Below, piece after piece: positions 1 to 8,074 of a DNA stretch of 52,519 bases (positions are counted from its first letter, which is position 1; each line of letters starts with the position of its first letter). A program made the position numbers and the translations under genes. Source of the stretch: a virus (taxonomy: Duplodnaviria; Caudoviricetes); the IMG/VR virus record IMGVR_UViG_3300046714_000321, positions 1 to 52,519 of that record; one strand, 5' to 3'. The notes under the pieces were generated by a model. The model was not told where the DNA came from. It ran no database searches and saw only the letters and a program-made list of their open reading frames with translations.

Positions 1-127
1 ATTGCCGAGGCCCTTGAGGCCCACGCGGCTTTCACCCTCGGCCAGGTACTTATCAAGCTTGCGCTCGAATGCACCGCGGGCCGTGGTCGCCTTTTCCACG
101 TCGATTGAGCCAGGCAGACCCTGGGTC
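1..127. repeat. Terminal direct repeat (assembly overlap), copy 1
   Basis: Identical to 52393-52519; lies inside the capsid ORF, which reads through the junction in frame. Confidence 0.95.
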
Positions 128-558
128 CGCGCAAGCATCGCTTGACGACGGAGGTCCATGATCGAGTAATCCCAGGCCACACCGAACGAGACGATCGGGG
201 TGGAGGTTTGCCCACCCGCGATATCCGCGCGCGGGAAATCGTCCGCGTAGTCGTCGATCAAGTCGGCCTCGCCGAATTCCTTGATCATGGTGTACGTGTG
301 CGACGTCGCACCGTCCGGAATCGTCCCCGTCGCGACGGGGAAGAGCGCGCGGCCCTTCGCGGACTCCGTCAGAATCCGGTACGCCTCTTGGAACTGAAAC
401 TCCAGACCTCGGGTAAAGGCCATGGTTTCGTTCGCGTCGTGGCGGACACCCGGCAAAGCCAGGTTGAGGAGGCCTTTGGAGGCCTCGTGCATGTTCCAGA
501 CCACGCCCTCTGCGTAGCGCTCGTGGTAAATGTGGTCGAAGCGGCCGAGTTTGCGCAT
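1..558 (-). CDS. Major capsid protein (DUF2184-like), 5' part; continues at 52392..51886, about 354 aa in total
   Basis: Translated by hand from ATG at 558 (AAGGAA RBS): MRKLGRFDHIY...SHTYTMIKEFGEADLIDDYADDFPRADI...FGVAWDYSIMDLRRQA; joins the 51886 ORF in frame; follows protease and decoration genes. Confidence 0.9.
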   Translation of the reverse strand, partial: MRKLGRFDHIYHERYAEGVVWNMHEASKGLLNLALPGVRHDANETMAFTRGLEFQFQEAYRILTESAKGRALFPVATGTIPDGATSHTYTMIKEFGEADLIDDYADDFPRADIAGGQTSTPIVSFGVAWDYSIMDLRRQAMLARTQGLPGSIDVEKATTARGAFERKLDKYLAEGESRVGLKGLGN

Positions 559-567
559 GGGAGTTCC

Positions 568-1077
568 TTACTGAAGCGGTCCTTCCAAAACCGCGATGCA
601 GAGAGACGTGTCCGAAACATCCTTCTTGAAAAGGATCTTGGTGAGGTAGACCTCTTGTCCGGTCGTGGTGGAGGTGCTCGCGTCCGTGAGCTTGCCCCGG
701 TGCTGAGCTTCCGAGTTACTGTCGTCGCTCGCGCTACGAACCTTGGCCGCCGTCAGAGGCGCATCCGTCGTGCCGGTAAACGACACGTAGATTTCACCCT
801 GTCGCATGACCGGGACCTGATCGCCCGCCGCGTAACCGCCGCTCTGGCGGACGCTGTCGAACATGGTCACACCGGCCAGCTTGCCCACGGCCGAGGCCGT
901 TTTGGGAAGGCGGACGTTACCCGCGGTGTTCGGGTCCAGTTCCACGACCACGCCGAAGGGGAGAGCCTCGGTCGCGATGTAGTGGTGAACCTTCTTGCCC
1001 GCGTTGCATGCCACCATGCCCGGCAATGCTGCCGTGGTGTCAAGACCGACTGCACTGGTTTGGGGACCGATCGACAT
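568..1077 (-). CDS. Capsid decoration/cement protein
   Basis: 169 aa between head protease and capsid; ALPFGVVV...AGDQVPVMRQGEIYV pattern typical of decoration proteins. Confidence 0.7.
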   Translation of the reverse strand: MSIGPQTSAVGLDTTAALPGMVACNAGKKVHHYIATEALPFGVVVELDPNTAGNVRLPKTASAVGKLAGVTMFDSVRQSGGYAAGDQVPVMRQGEIYVSFTGTTDAPLTAAKVRSASDDSNSEAQHRGKLTDASTSTTTGQEVYLTKILFKKDVSDTSLCIAVLEGPLQ

Positions 1078-1079
1078 GA

Positions 1080-2156
1080 TTACTTACCGCCCTTTTCGAA
1101 GGCCTTTCGATTGGCCTCCATCATCTTTTCGCGCGCGCTCCAAGCTGACGGTTCGTCGCTGGAGTCTTCGCGGGTGATTTCCTCCGTGGTGCCAGTGGCG
1201 GCCCGGCGGACCTCCGAAAGGCTTTCCTCGTTTTCGTCCTTACGCGCGTTCTCGCACGCGATATCGAAACGAACCTGGAGGTACGTATCCGAGAGGCCGT
1301 CCATCTTGAGGGCGGGGCTCTCCTTCTTGATCACGGCCTCAAGGATCTGACGATCCGTCTTACCGGCCAGGTCGGCGTCCGCGCCGAGCACCACGCGAGC
1401 GTCCTCACGGAGCTTCAACGCAGCGACCAGGAGGCCGGGGAGTTTATCCTCCGCGTCCTTGCGAGCCGACTTTGCCTTATCGAGCTCCGCTTGGAGGGAG
1501 TCAGCGCGCGCCGTCTGCTTCTCGGCTTCCGCCTTAGCAGCATCGCGCTCCGCTTCGACCTTGGCCAGTAGGGCCTTCGTTGCTTCGTCCATGCCCAAAG
1601 GTGTAGAAGCGGGCGAAATAACAGCAGAGTCTGTTACCTGATCGCCCTTGCCATCCAACCGGAGGCGCACATCCGACCCCGCGCGGCCACGATCGACCAA
1701 AGCCGTGTGGTTGTATCGGATATGCGTCTGAACGGCATCGTAACGACCCCCTTCATAATCCCCAGGAGTGTCGTTCAGGCTGACGTCATAACCGCAAGAA
1801 AGTTCAACCTTCCCGGATTTCACAACGGAGCATGCCTTAGCGTCTTGCACATAAACGGTCGCCCGGACAAATGCCCCGTCCTGTCTCACATCATCGCCAA
1901 TGTGACCCACTGCGTATTTCTTCCAATTATCTGGCGTAACCAAACCGGGATGATCGACAGTTAAAGGTGCCCCCTTCAAGGAGTCCAAACTGTCCTTCTT
2001 GAAAACTTCTTCCGGAGTGCGGAGCTCGCGTCGCTCCGTTCCGTCCTCGTTGTAATAAACGAAGATACCAGTCCGGGTCAGCGTTGCATCTGCCACCATT
2101 CCACCGGACGGCGATTCGCGAACCGAGTCCAATCGGAATTTATCGAATCGGAGCAT
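1080..2156 (-). CDS. Prohead protease/scaffold (DUF2213 family)
   Basis: TRTGIFVY, LTVDHP, ELSCGY, YNHTALVDRGRAG motifs plus a coiled-coil C-terminal half; ATG at 2156 preferred to TTG at 2162. Confidence 0.9.
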   Translation of the reverse strand: MLRFDKFRLDSVRESPSGGMVADATLTRTGIFVYYNEDGTERRELRTPEEVFKKDSLDSLKGAPLTVDHPGLVTPDNWKKYAVGHIGDDVRQDGAFVRATVYVQDAKACSVVKSGKVELSCGYDVSLNDTPGDYEGGRYDAVQTHIRYNHTALVDRGRAGSDVRLRLDGKGDQVTDSAVISPASTPLGMDEATKALLAKVEAERDAAKAEAEKQTARADSLQAELDKAKSARKDAEDKLPGLLVAALKLREDARVVLGADADLAGKTDRQILEAVIKKESPALKMDGLSDTYLQVRFDIACENARKDENEESLSEVRRAATGTTEEITREDSSDEPSAWSAREKMMEANRKAFEKGGK

Positions 2157-2173
2157 ACCCAAAGGGGTAGCCT

Positions 2174-2743
2174 TTACCGGAGAAGAGCATTCAACCGATG
2201 CCGATTTTCATAGGCCAAGCAGTCTTTTCGCCACGCATAGGACGCATCGGATTTCCGGCGATTGCAACCCCCGCAAAGCCAGGAAACATTGTCCGACACG
2301 TATCCCCGGTCAGGATCCACCCTATCGATGCTGGGTCGATCTTGAACCGATCCTGAAGAAGTCCCCGCCAGCAATTTTTGGCATAGGGGGCACTTGTCCG
2401 GAATGGGGCCAAGTGCAGCCAGCAAAGCCCCAATTTCGTCGAAAGCCCAGCCTGCTTTCTTCGCACGGTGGCGCGCCGCGCAAACTAGATAAGTGGGCGT
2501 GCACGCACGCCGGTACCCCGCCTGCATTTCGGCGTAGTAGCCAGGATGCTCCTGACGCCACTTGCGCTGATCATACCTGTTACGCGCCTTGTAGGCCTCT
2601 CTGAACGCCTCGTTCCCGTTGTGAGCCTGGTAGTGAGGCTCCTTGCCGCGCGATTTGTACGCCGCGTTTTGATTCCTCAAGCAGTCTCTACAAGCGCCGT
2701 CCGGACGGAGGTTTTCAGACCCGCAATGTGTGCATGCAGACAT
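2174..2743 (-). CDS. HNH endonuclease
   Basis: CPLC...SIDRVDPDRGYVSDNVSWLCGGCNRRK HNH core; N-terminal CxxC...CxxC. Confidence 0.85.
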   Translation of the reverse strand: MSACTHCGSENLRPDGACRDCLRNQNAAYKSRGKEPHYQAHNGNEAFREAYKARNRYDQRKWRQEHPGYYAEMQAGYRRACTPTYLVCAARHRAKKAGWAFDEIGALLAALGPIPDKCPLCQKLLAGTSSGSVQDRPSIDRVDPDRGYVSDNVSWLCGGCNRRKSDASYAWRKDCLAYENRHRLNALLR

Positions 2744-2759
2744 CTAGTAACAGTATAGT

Positions 2760-2962
2760 CGGCTACTCAGCTACCCAAGGATCTTACGTTCCATATATAA
2801 TGCCTTTTCCATACCCACCACGCCCGCCCCACCCATTACCCCTCCCCCTCTTATTTCTCTTCTTATACACATAAAGATGGGTAGCTTAGGTAACATGTGG
2901 AGAATCACTCACTTTTTCGATAAGTAGCGGTTAGGTAGCCTACCCATCTGCCTAGGTAGCGA
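2760..2962. other. Candidate replication origin with opposed hexamer repeats
   Basis: GCTAC(T/C) x2 on the left and (G/A)GTA(G/A)C x5 on the right of an AT/pyrimidine-rich core, just downstream of the primase-helicase. Confidence 0.5.
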
Positions 2963-2964
2963 CC

Positions 2965-2998
2965 AAAGAAAAAGCCCCGGTTCTTTGGAAACCGGGGC
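2965..2998 (-). terminator. Rho-independent terminator of the primase-helicase gene
   Basis: Minus strand GCCCCGGTT-7nt-AACCGGGGC followed by TTTTTCTTT. Confidence 0.85.
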
Positions 2999-3027
2999 CG
3001 GCGAGGCCGATTGGCTGGGAAAAAGAT

Positions 3028-5157
3028 TTAATTCGGGGCTGACGGCGTGGGGTCGCGTCCTGGCACCGGCGGGAGCATCTCGGATAGGTGTGAGGGCACT
3101 TCCCAGAATTTCTGGTTATGGCCATCGACCTTTCGCACACGGACCTTGCACCCCAGACGCCGGAGTATTGAGGACACGCGGTTGGTCTCCCTTCGACCCA
3201 CACCCTTCAAGTCCGAAGGCTGGCCGATGCACCCCGTGAATACCTCGCCGGCCGTGCGGAACTCTTTTCGACCCCGGAGCCACGCCTCGATCTTTGGAGA
3301 CCAGGCATCCACCTCCACGAAGGGCGAGCGGACTACCTCCAGAACCCCGTCGTCCTCGTAGTGGTGCTCGAAACGGGGATCTCGGGCCAGCTCGTACGCG
3401 GCGGCCCAGATCCGGTCCCGGTTGGCCTTCACGTATTCGATGTCCACCTTCCCGGGTATGGGAATGGGCCAGTAACGACGGTCCCCGGTGGCGTCTCGTA
3501 GAAAGTCATCGTCATTGGTGGTCCCCACGAAAACCACCTGGCGAGGTACCTCCACCTCCGCGCGTTCGTAGGGCGGTCGGTAGGCGTCCACCGTCCGAGA
3601 CAGGAACTCCTTCGCCGTCTGGTTTTCCTGGCGCAGCATGGCATCCAGCTCGCCTACCTCCACGGCCCAGCACCCCCGGAGCGCGCCGCACGCGTCCTTG
3701 CTTCGCAGGTCGGGCAAGCTCTCGCGGTACCAGGGAAACATGGCCCGGACGAAACGAGACTTACCCACACCCTGGCCACCCTGCAAAACCAGCATGGTGT
3801 CCACCTGGCACCCCGGCTGCAAAACACGGCGCACGGCCGCGACCAGGAACTTACGCAGCATGTCGTCGTAAACCGGATCCGCCGTGCCGAACACACGCGC
3901 CGACAACCCATCCAGGATGGCACCCCGGTTTTCGGCTGGCCCCAAGCTGTCCAGGTACTCGACCACCGTATGGAAGGCGTTCGTGTGCGCGACCTTCAAA
4001 ACAGCCCGTCGGATATCGTCCACCGGCGCCAAAATGCCGTTCACGCTCAACCAGAGCCGGACCCCGGAAATGTCCTCATCGCTCAACCCTCGCCCGTTCT
4101 CCGAATCCCGCATATCGACCGGGGGATCGACGGCGAAAACCTTCCGCTGGAATTCGTCATACTGGAGCACACCCTCCCAGTCGGGGTGGTTTTTTAGACC
4201 CGCAATCAGGTCATCAAAGGCCACCTTTCGCCGTTGACCCTGGGCCGTGTCGCCGTTCTGCACCGAATACTTATGCGCCGGGTTTTTCGTACGACGTTTC
4301 GGCTCCGGCGCCCGCTCCACCTCTGGCCTCGGCCGTTCAATCATCGTCCAGTCAGCGCCCAGGTACCCCCAGTCCATCTCGGTCTCGGTCTGGATGATCT
4401 TCCGCATCAGGTCGGCCTCACCCCACGGCGGCTGGCATGCGGAGTTCCACTCCTCCAGGAGCTCCAGCACGACAGGACGCGGCAAGCCCAGCTCCCGGCG
4501 AAGTTTCCCGGCGAGGATAAACGTGTGCGTTGAGCCACCCTGGCCCTCGATGGCTGGCCCCCACCGGTCGATCAGGGCACGCGCCTCCAGGAGGTTCCGA
4601 CCCATCTGGCTTGCGGTGCACGTGTAAGGCTCCGTCCCCTGGCGCTCTTTGGCCTGGTTTCTCAATAAGGCCGACAAGAGCCACGGCGGCAGTTTCGAGG
4701 GGGCCATGGCCAGCACCACCTCGTAAGTTCCGCCCGCCAAATTAACGCCGGGACCCACAACCTGGCCTCCGTCACCCCGGATATCCACACCGACGCACGG
4801 CCGCCCCTGGGTATTCCTCACGGGAAACCCGGGGTGTGCAAAGTACAGGTGAAAACCGCCCGTCGGCGTCCGGACCGTTAGGGTCGGGGGCACCGTCTGG
4901 CCCTGCTCGGCCACCCACTCGGCCCAGTTGCGTAGGCCGTTTTTCCCGTCTTTTTCATCGATATCGATGACCACGACGCCGGACGGCGCGCCCGTTACCA
5001 CTCCATACGGCTGGCCCTCCGCGACACCCTCCGTCCACTCTTGCCAGTTCGCGACAGTCGGGTGCTTACCCGTCGATTTGCCGCATGATTCGCCCGCGGG
5101 ACACTCGCAAATCCCGTCCGGGCCGACACCCCACAAGGGGATTTTGCGCACGGCCAT
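3028..5157 (-). CDS. Bifunctional primase-polymerase fused to a VapE-like SF3 helicase
   Basis: N-terminal prim-pol motifs (VVIDID, TPTGGFHLYF, DIRGDGG); Walker A QGGQGVGKS, VEVGE, GTTN, GDRRYWP. Confidence 0.9.
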   Translation of the reverse strand: MAVRKIPLWGVGPDGICECPAGESCGKSTGKHPTVANWQEWTEGVAEGQPYGVVTGAPSGVVVIDIDEKDGKNGLRNWAEWVAEQGQTVPPTLTVRTPTGGFHLYFAHPGFPVRNTQGRPCVGVDIRGDGGQVVGPGVNLAGGTYEVVLAMAPSKLPPWLLSALLRNQAKERQGTEPYTCTASQMGRNLLEARALIDRWGPAIEGQGGSTHTFILAGKLRRELGLPRPVVLELLEEWNSACQPPWGEADLMRKIIQTETEMDWGYLGADWTMIERPRPEVERAPEPKRRTKNPAHKYSVQNGDTAQGQRRKVAFDDLIAGLKNHPDWEGVLQYDEFQRKVFAVDPPVDMRDSENGRGLSDEDISGVRLWLSVNGILAPVDDIRRAVLKVAHTNAFHTVVEYLDSLGPAENRGAILDGLSARVFGTADPVYDDMLRKFLVAAVRRVLQPGCQVDTMLVLQGGQGVGKSRFVRAMFPWYRESLPDLRSKDACGALRGCWAVEVGELDAMLRQENQTAKEFLSRTVDAYRPPYERAEVEVPRQVVFVGTTNDDDFLRDATGDRRYWPIPIPGKVDIEYVKANRDRIWAAAYELARDPRFEHHYEDDGVLEVVRSPFVEVDAWSPKIEAWLRGRKEFRTAGEVFTGCIGQPSDLKGVGRRETNRVSSILRRLGCKVRVRKVDGHNQKFWEVPSHLSEMLPPVPGRDPTPSAPN

Positions 5158-5200
5158 GGGCGAACCCTAGCCGAAACTTTTTATACCTACCTGTTATCTC

Positions 5201-6805
5201 ATGTCCGATATCGAGGACCTGAGACCCTGGGACGGAAAAGCCTACTGCGACGAGGAGGTCAGCCCCACCCAAATTGGCACCTGGCGCGAATGCCAGCGGA
5301 AATGGGCGTGGAAACGGATCGGGAAAATCGACGTCGGCCAGAAGGCCTCGGCCGCGCTTGGTACGCGCACGCATAAACAGCTGGAGCATTACCTGGCTGG
5401 CCAGTCCGTGGATTTCATGGATGAAACGGGCGAGATACTGGCCCCCGCGGTGGAGCATTTTCCCGCCCCTGGCCTCCCCGGCATGAAAAGCGAGTGGGAA
5501 TTTCGCCTGGAGGCGCCCAAGGCGGGCGTGATTCTGCATGGCCTCATGGATATTTGGGTGCCCCCAACCCCCGAGGATCCCTGGGCAAATATCTTCGATC
5601 TGAAAACCACGAGCGATATTAACCGCTGGGCGAAAACGCCGGAGGACCTCCAGACGGACCCCCAGGGCGTTATCTACGCGGGCGTCGGCATGGCTTACGG
5701 CACGACGGACCGCGTTAACCTCAATTGGGTCTATACCCAGACGCGAGGAACCAAGAAATCCAAGAAGGTGCATCTCCCCGTAATCGCTGGGGAAGGCGTC
5801 TTTAGAGAAAACTGGAAAAATAATCTCGATACCGCCCAGGAAATCGTCCGTAACTACAAGCGCGACAAGCGGGAGCGAGGCTCTCCGGCCTGCAAGCCTG
5901 GGGACGAGGTTTCTAAGATAATTGTTACCAGGTATCAACCAAACCCCGCCGCGTGCGATGGGTTCGGTGGGTGCCCGTACCGGGAGTTTTGTCCGGACGT
6001 TGACCCCTTTTCCGGCCTTTTCGGCGAAAACAAGGAAGACATGAGCCAAGCGAATATCGATGACCTGATCAAGGGCCTCGGGGCGCAGCACCCGACCGGA
6101 GGCGCGCCCGTGCAGATCAACCCACCGGAGCGAAGCCCCGAGCCGAACGCTGATCCCATGGCGGCCCTTCGGGCGAAGGTGGCGAGCGGGAATAGCGTGC
6201 AGCTGAGTCCGGCGGAGATCGCTCTTCTCCTGGGCCAGCCCCCGCCGGCCGCGCCGACCGTGACGGCCACGACCCCCATTCCGACGTCCCTCCCGTCCTT
6301 GTCTGAGGTCCTGCCGGCCCCTCGAGCGTCCCAGGCCGTCGCGGCCGCGGTGGGAGGCGGGGTGTCACCCCCGGCCGAGAAGCCCAAGCGAGGGCGTCCC
6401 AAGAAGGAAACGGCCCTTTCGGAGATATCCACCCCCATTATCCCGGCTTCAGAGGAAGCGGAAGCCGTGGTGAGCGGTATGCTTGCGTCGAGTAAAGCGG
6501 CCCAGGTCACGTCGGCCGACCCCATCGGGTGCCTTTACGTCAATTGCGCCCCGCTCGGGGAGGCGTGCGCGTCGCTGGGGGATATCCTCCCGGACCTGGC
6601 GGATGGTATCCGTGCCAAGCATGGCAAGGCTGATTACCGTTTCTTCGAATACGGCCAGGGCCCCGGCCATCTCTCCGAGGAGCTCAAGTCCTATCTGGAG
6701 GGGAAGAGCATCCCGGCCCTCGCCGTGGACACGCGCACGCCGGAAGGTGCCATTCTCCTGTACGCCCTTTTCCAGGCGTCCGCGCGGGTGGTCCAGGCCC
6801 GATGA
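5201..6805 (+). CDS. Cas4/RecB-like PD-(D/E)XK exonuclease with a long Pro/Ala-rich, AT-hook-containing C-terminal extension
   Basis: SPTQI...C...GTRTH, MD...FDLKT, Q...Y, and CDGFGGCPYREFC Fe-S-type cysteines; KPKRGRPKK in the tail. Confidence 0.8.
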   Translation: MSDIEDLRPWDGKAYCDEEVSPTQIGTWRECQRKWAWKRIGKIDVGQKASAALGTRTHKQLEHYLAGQSVDFMDETGEILAPAVEHFPAPGLPGMKSEWEFRLEAPKAGVILHGLMDIWVPPTPEDPWANIFDLKTTSDINRWAKTPEDLQTDPQGVIYAGVGMAYGTTDRVNLNWVYTQTRGTKKSKKVHLPVIAGEGVFRENWKNNLDTAQEIVRNYKRDKRERGSPACKPGDEVSKIIVTRYQPNPAACDGFGGCPYREFCPDVDPFSGLFGENKEDMSQANIDDLIKGLGAQHPTGGAPVQINPPERSPEPNADPMAALRAKVASGNSVQLSPAEIALLLGQPPPAAPTVTATTPIPTSLPSLSEVLPAPRASQAVAAAVGGGVSPPAEKPKRGRPKKETALSEISTPIIPASEEAEAVVSGMLASSKAAQVTSADPIGCLYVNCAPLGEACASLGDILPDLADGIRAKHGKADYRFFEYGQGPGHLSEELKSYLEGKSIPALAVDTRTPEGAILLYALFQASARVVQAR

Positions 6806-7035
6806 AAACGCCCAAATACGAGATCCACGCGGGCCCCTTCGTGGCTACCGGTTATTGCGTTCTCAATAAGGAGATTACTGTCCTTTTCTCCCACACCGCA
6901 TCCGGGACCAAACCCTGGCGCCTCGGCCCCGAGCTCGCGGAGGCCATGGTGGAGCGGGCGCGCGCCGAGGGCTGGGACGGTGCCGCCGTCCAGGTCGTGC
7001 CCCCGCCGATCCCGATCTTGGACGAAATCCAGTGA
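6802..7035 (+). CDS. Hypothetical protein
   Basis: ATGA overlap with the upstream gene; part of a translationally coupled chain. Confidence 0.65.
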   Translation: MKTPKYEIHAGPFVATGYCVLNKEITVLFSHTASGTKPWRLGPELAEAMVERARAEGWDGAAVQVVPPPIPILDEIQ

Positions 7036-7247
7036 GCGATCTCGAGAAAAGGCTGGCCCTAAGCCGCGTTTTCGAGGCGTGGAGGGTGGTCCCGCACCTT
7101 TCTCTTGCCAACCTGGTCGCCCTCCGCAAGCCCCTCGAGGGCGAGCTGGAGGACGTCTGGCTGGATAACCTCCACGAGGCCGCGCTGAAAGAGCGCATGA
7201 GAATGGCCCGGAAGCACCTACCCAAGGTCGCGCACCGGGTCCGATAA
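7032..7247 (+). CDS. Hypothetical protein
   Basis: GTGA overlap coupling. Confidence 0.65.
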   Translation: MSDLEKRLALSRVFEAWRVVPHLSLANLVALRKPLEGELEDVWLDNLHEAALKERMRMARKHLPKVAHRVR

Positions 7248-7255
7248 GGCGAAAA

Positions 7256-7450
7256 ATGAACCTCGGCCGCCACCTTTACGCCATCAAAGACAGGGTATAC
7301 GGGGAGTGGTATTGCGCCGTAACTGGCCGATATCTCACGAAATACAAGCAGTCTAGGACCCTCCTACCCAAACCCCACGCGGTTGCCATTATGAAACTCC
7401 TCCGCGAGGAGTGGCCGGAGCTGGATTTCGTCCTCGTGCGTGTCCCGTGA
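7256..7450 (+). CDS. Hypothetical protein
   Basis: In operon, AAGG upstream, coupled to the next ORF. Confidence 0.6.
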   Translation: MNLGRHLYAIKDRVYGEWYCAVTGRYLTKYKQSRTLLPKPHAVAIMKLLREEWPELDFVLVRVP

Positions 7451-7644
7451 AAGTCACCTGGCGCCCGATTCGCCCGAACGCGACGACGGCGCACGCTTTC
7501 CGCGTCGTTTGCGAGGGGATTTGGGTCCGTTTTGAGGCCCGTTCCGTTTGCAATCGTGACGGGAAGCCTAGATTTCAGGAAAATAACCAGCTCCGTAAGT
7601 GTCCGGAATGCCTGGCTCTAATCGCAGCCGCGAGGAAAAAATGA
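7447..7644 (+). CDS. Small Cys-containing protein (possible Zn finger)
   Basis: GTGA overlap at 7447; H...C...CPEC. Confidence 0.55.
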   Translation: MKVTWRPIRPNATTAHAFRVVCEGIWVRFEARSVCNRDGKPRFQENNQLRKCPECLALIAAARKK

Positions 7645-7781
7645 GACTCAATCCGTCTGCCGTGACTTTCTGGATTTTTACTGGCTCCGTCGGTTACGCC
7701 GTCAATGGCGCCCATGGGGCGGCCGTCGGCCTGGCTATCGGTACCGGCGTGTCGTATTTGATTACCTGGCTGGGCTGGTGA
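7641..7781 (+). CDS. Small membrane protein
   Basis: ATGA overlap, GAGG RBS; two hydrophobic segments in 46 aa. Confidence 0.55.
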   Translation: MRLNPSAVTFWIFTGSVGYAVNGAHGAAVGLAIGTGVSYLITWLGW

Positions 7782-8074
7782 AGACGGCCGCGAAATTCCG
7801 GGAGGAGTTTTGGAGGATCGCCCGCAACTGGCGACGCCTCCCGATTATCACTAACCCGGGCCCTGGCGATGCAGATCCGGGACCCCATTGCATGACTACG
7901 GCCAAAGCCCACGGCACCGTTTCCGGGCTACTCCAAGAGGCCGTCAAGCGGGGGGACATCCCACAATTTCAGCCGGACTGGGTATCTGTCCATTTCGACG
8001 CTTTTACCAGACACCTAGGCATAATTCCGTCCTCGGCCGCCCCTTCGTGGTTCAGGGAGTGGTGGGGGCTTTGA
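7778..8074 (+). CDS. Hypothetical protein
   Basis: Coupled on both sides by 4-nt overlaps. Confidence 0.55.
   Translation: MKTAAKFREEFWRIARNWRRLPIITNPGPGDADPGPHCMTTAKAHGTVSGLLQEAVKRGDIPQFQPDWVSVHFDAFTRHLGIIPSSAAPSWFREWWGL

Noticed and set aside
1-127. 127-bp terminal repeat as a biological terminal repeat
   Set aside because: It falls mid-capsid gene and its length equals a common assembler k-mer, so it is a circular-assembly overlap
142-1350. Long antisense ORFs (142-1350, 5066-6091, 27787-29412, 32419-33786, 44592-45968, 46824-48266)
   Set aside because: They lie opposite well-supported genes and are the expected shadow frames of GC-rich coding DNA; no motifs
5201-6040. CRISPR-Cas system based on the Cas4-like nuclease
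   Set aside because: No repeat-spacer array or other cas genes seen; stand-alone Cas4-like exonucleases are common in phage replication modules
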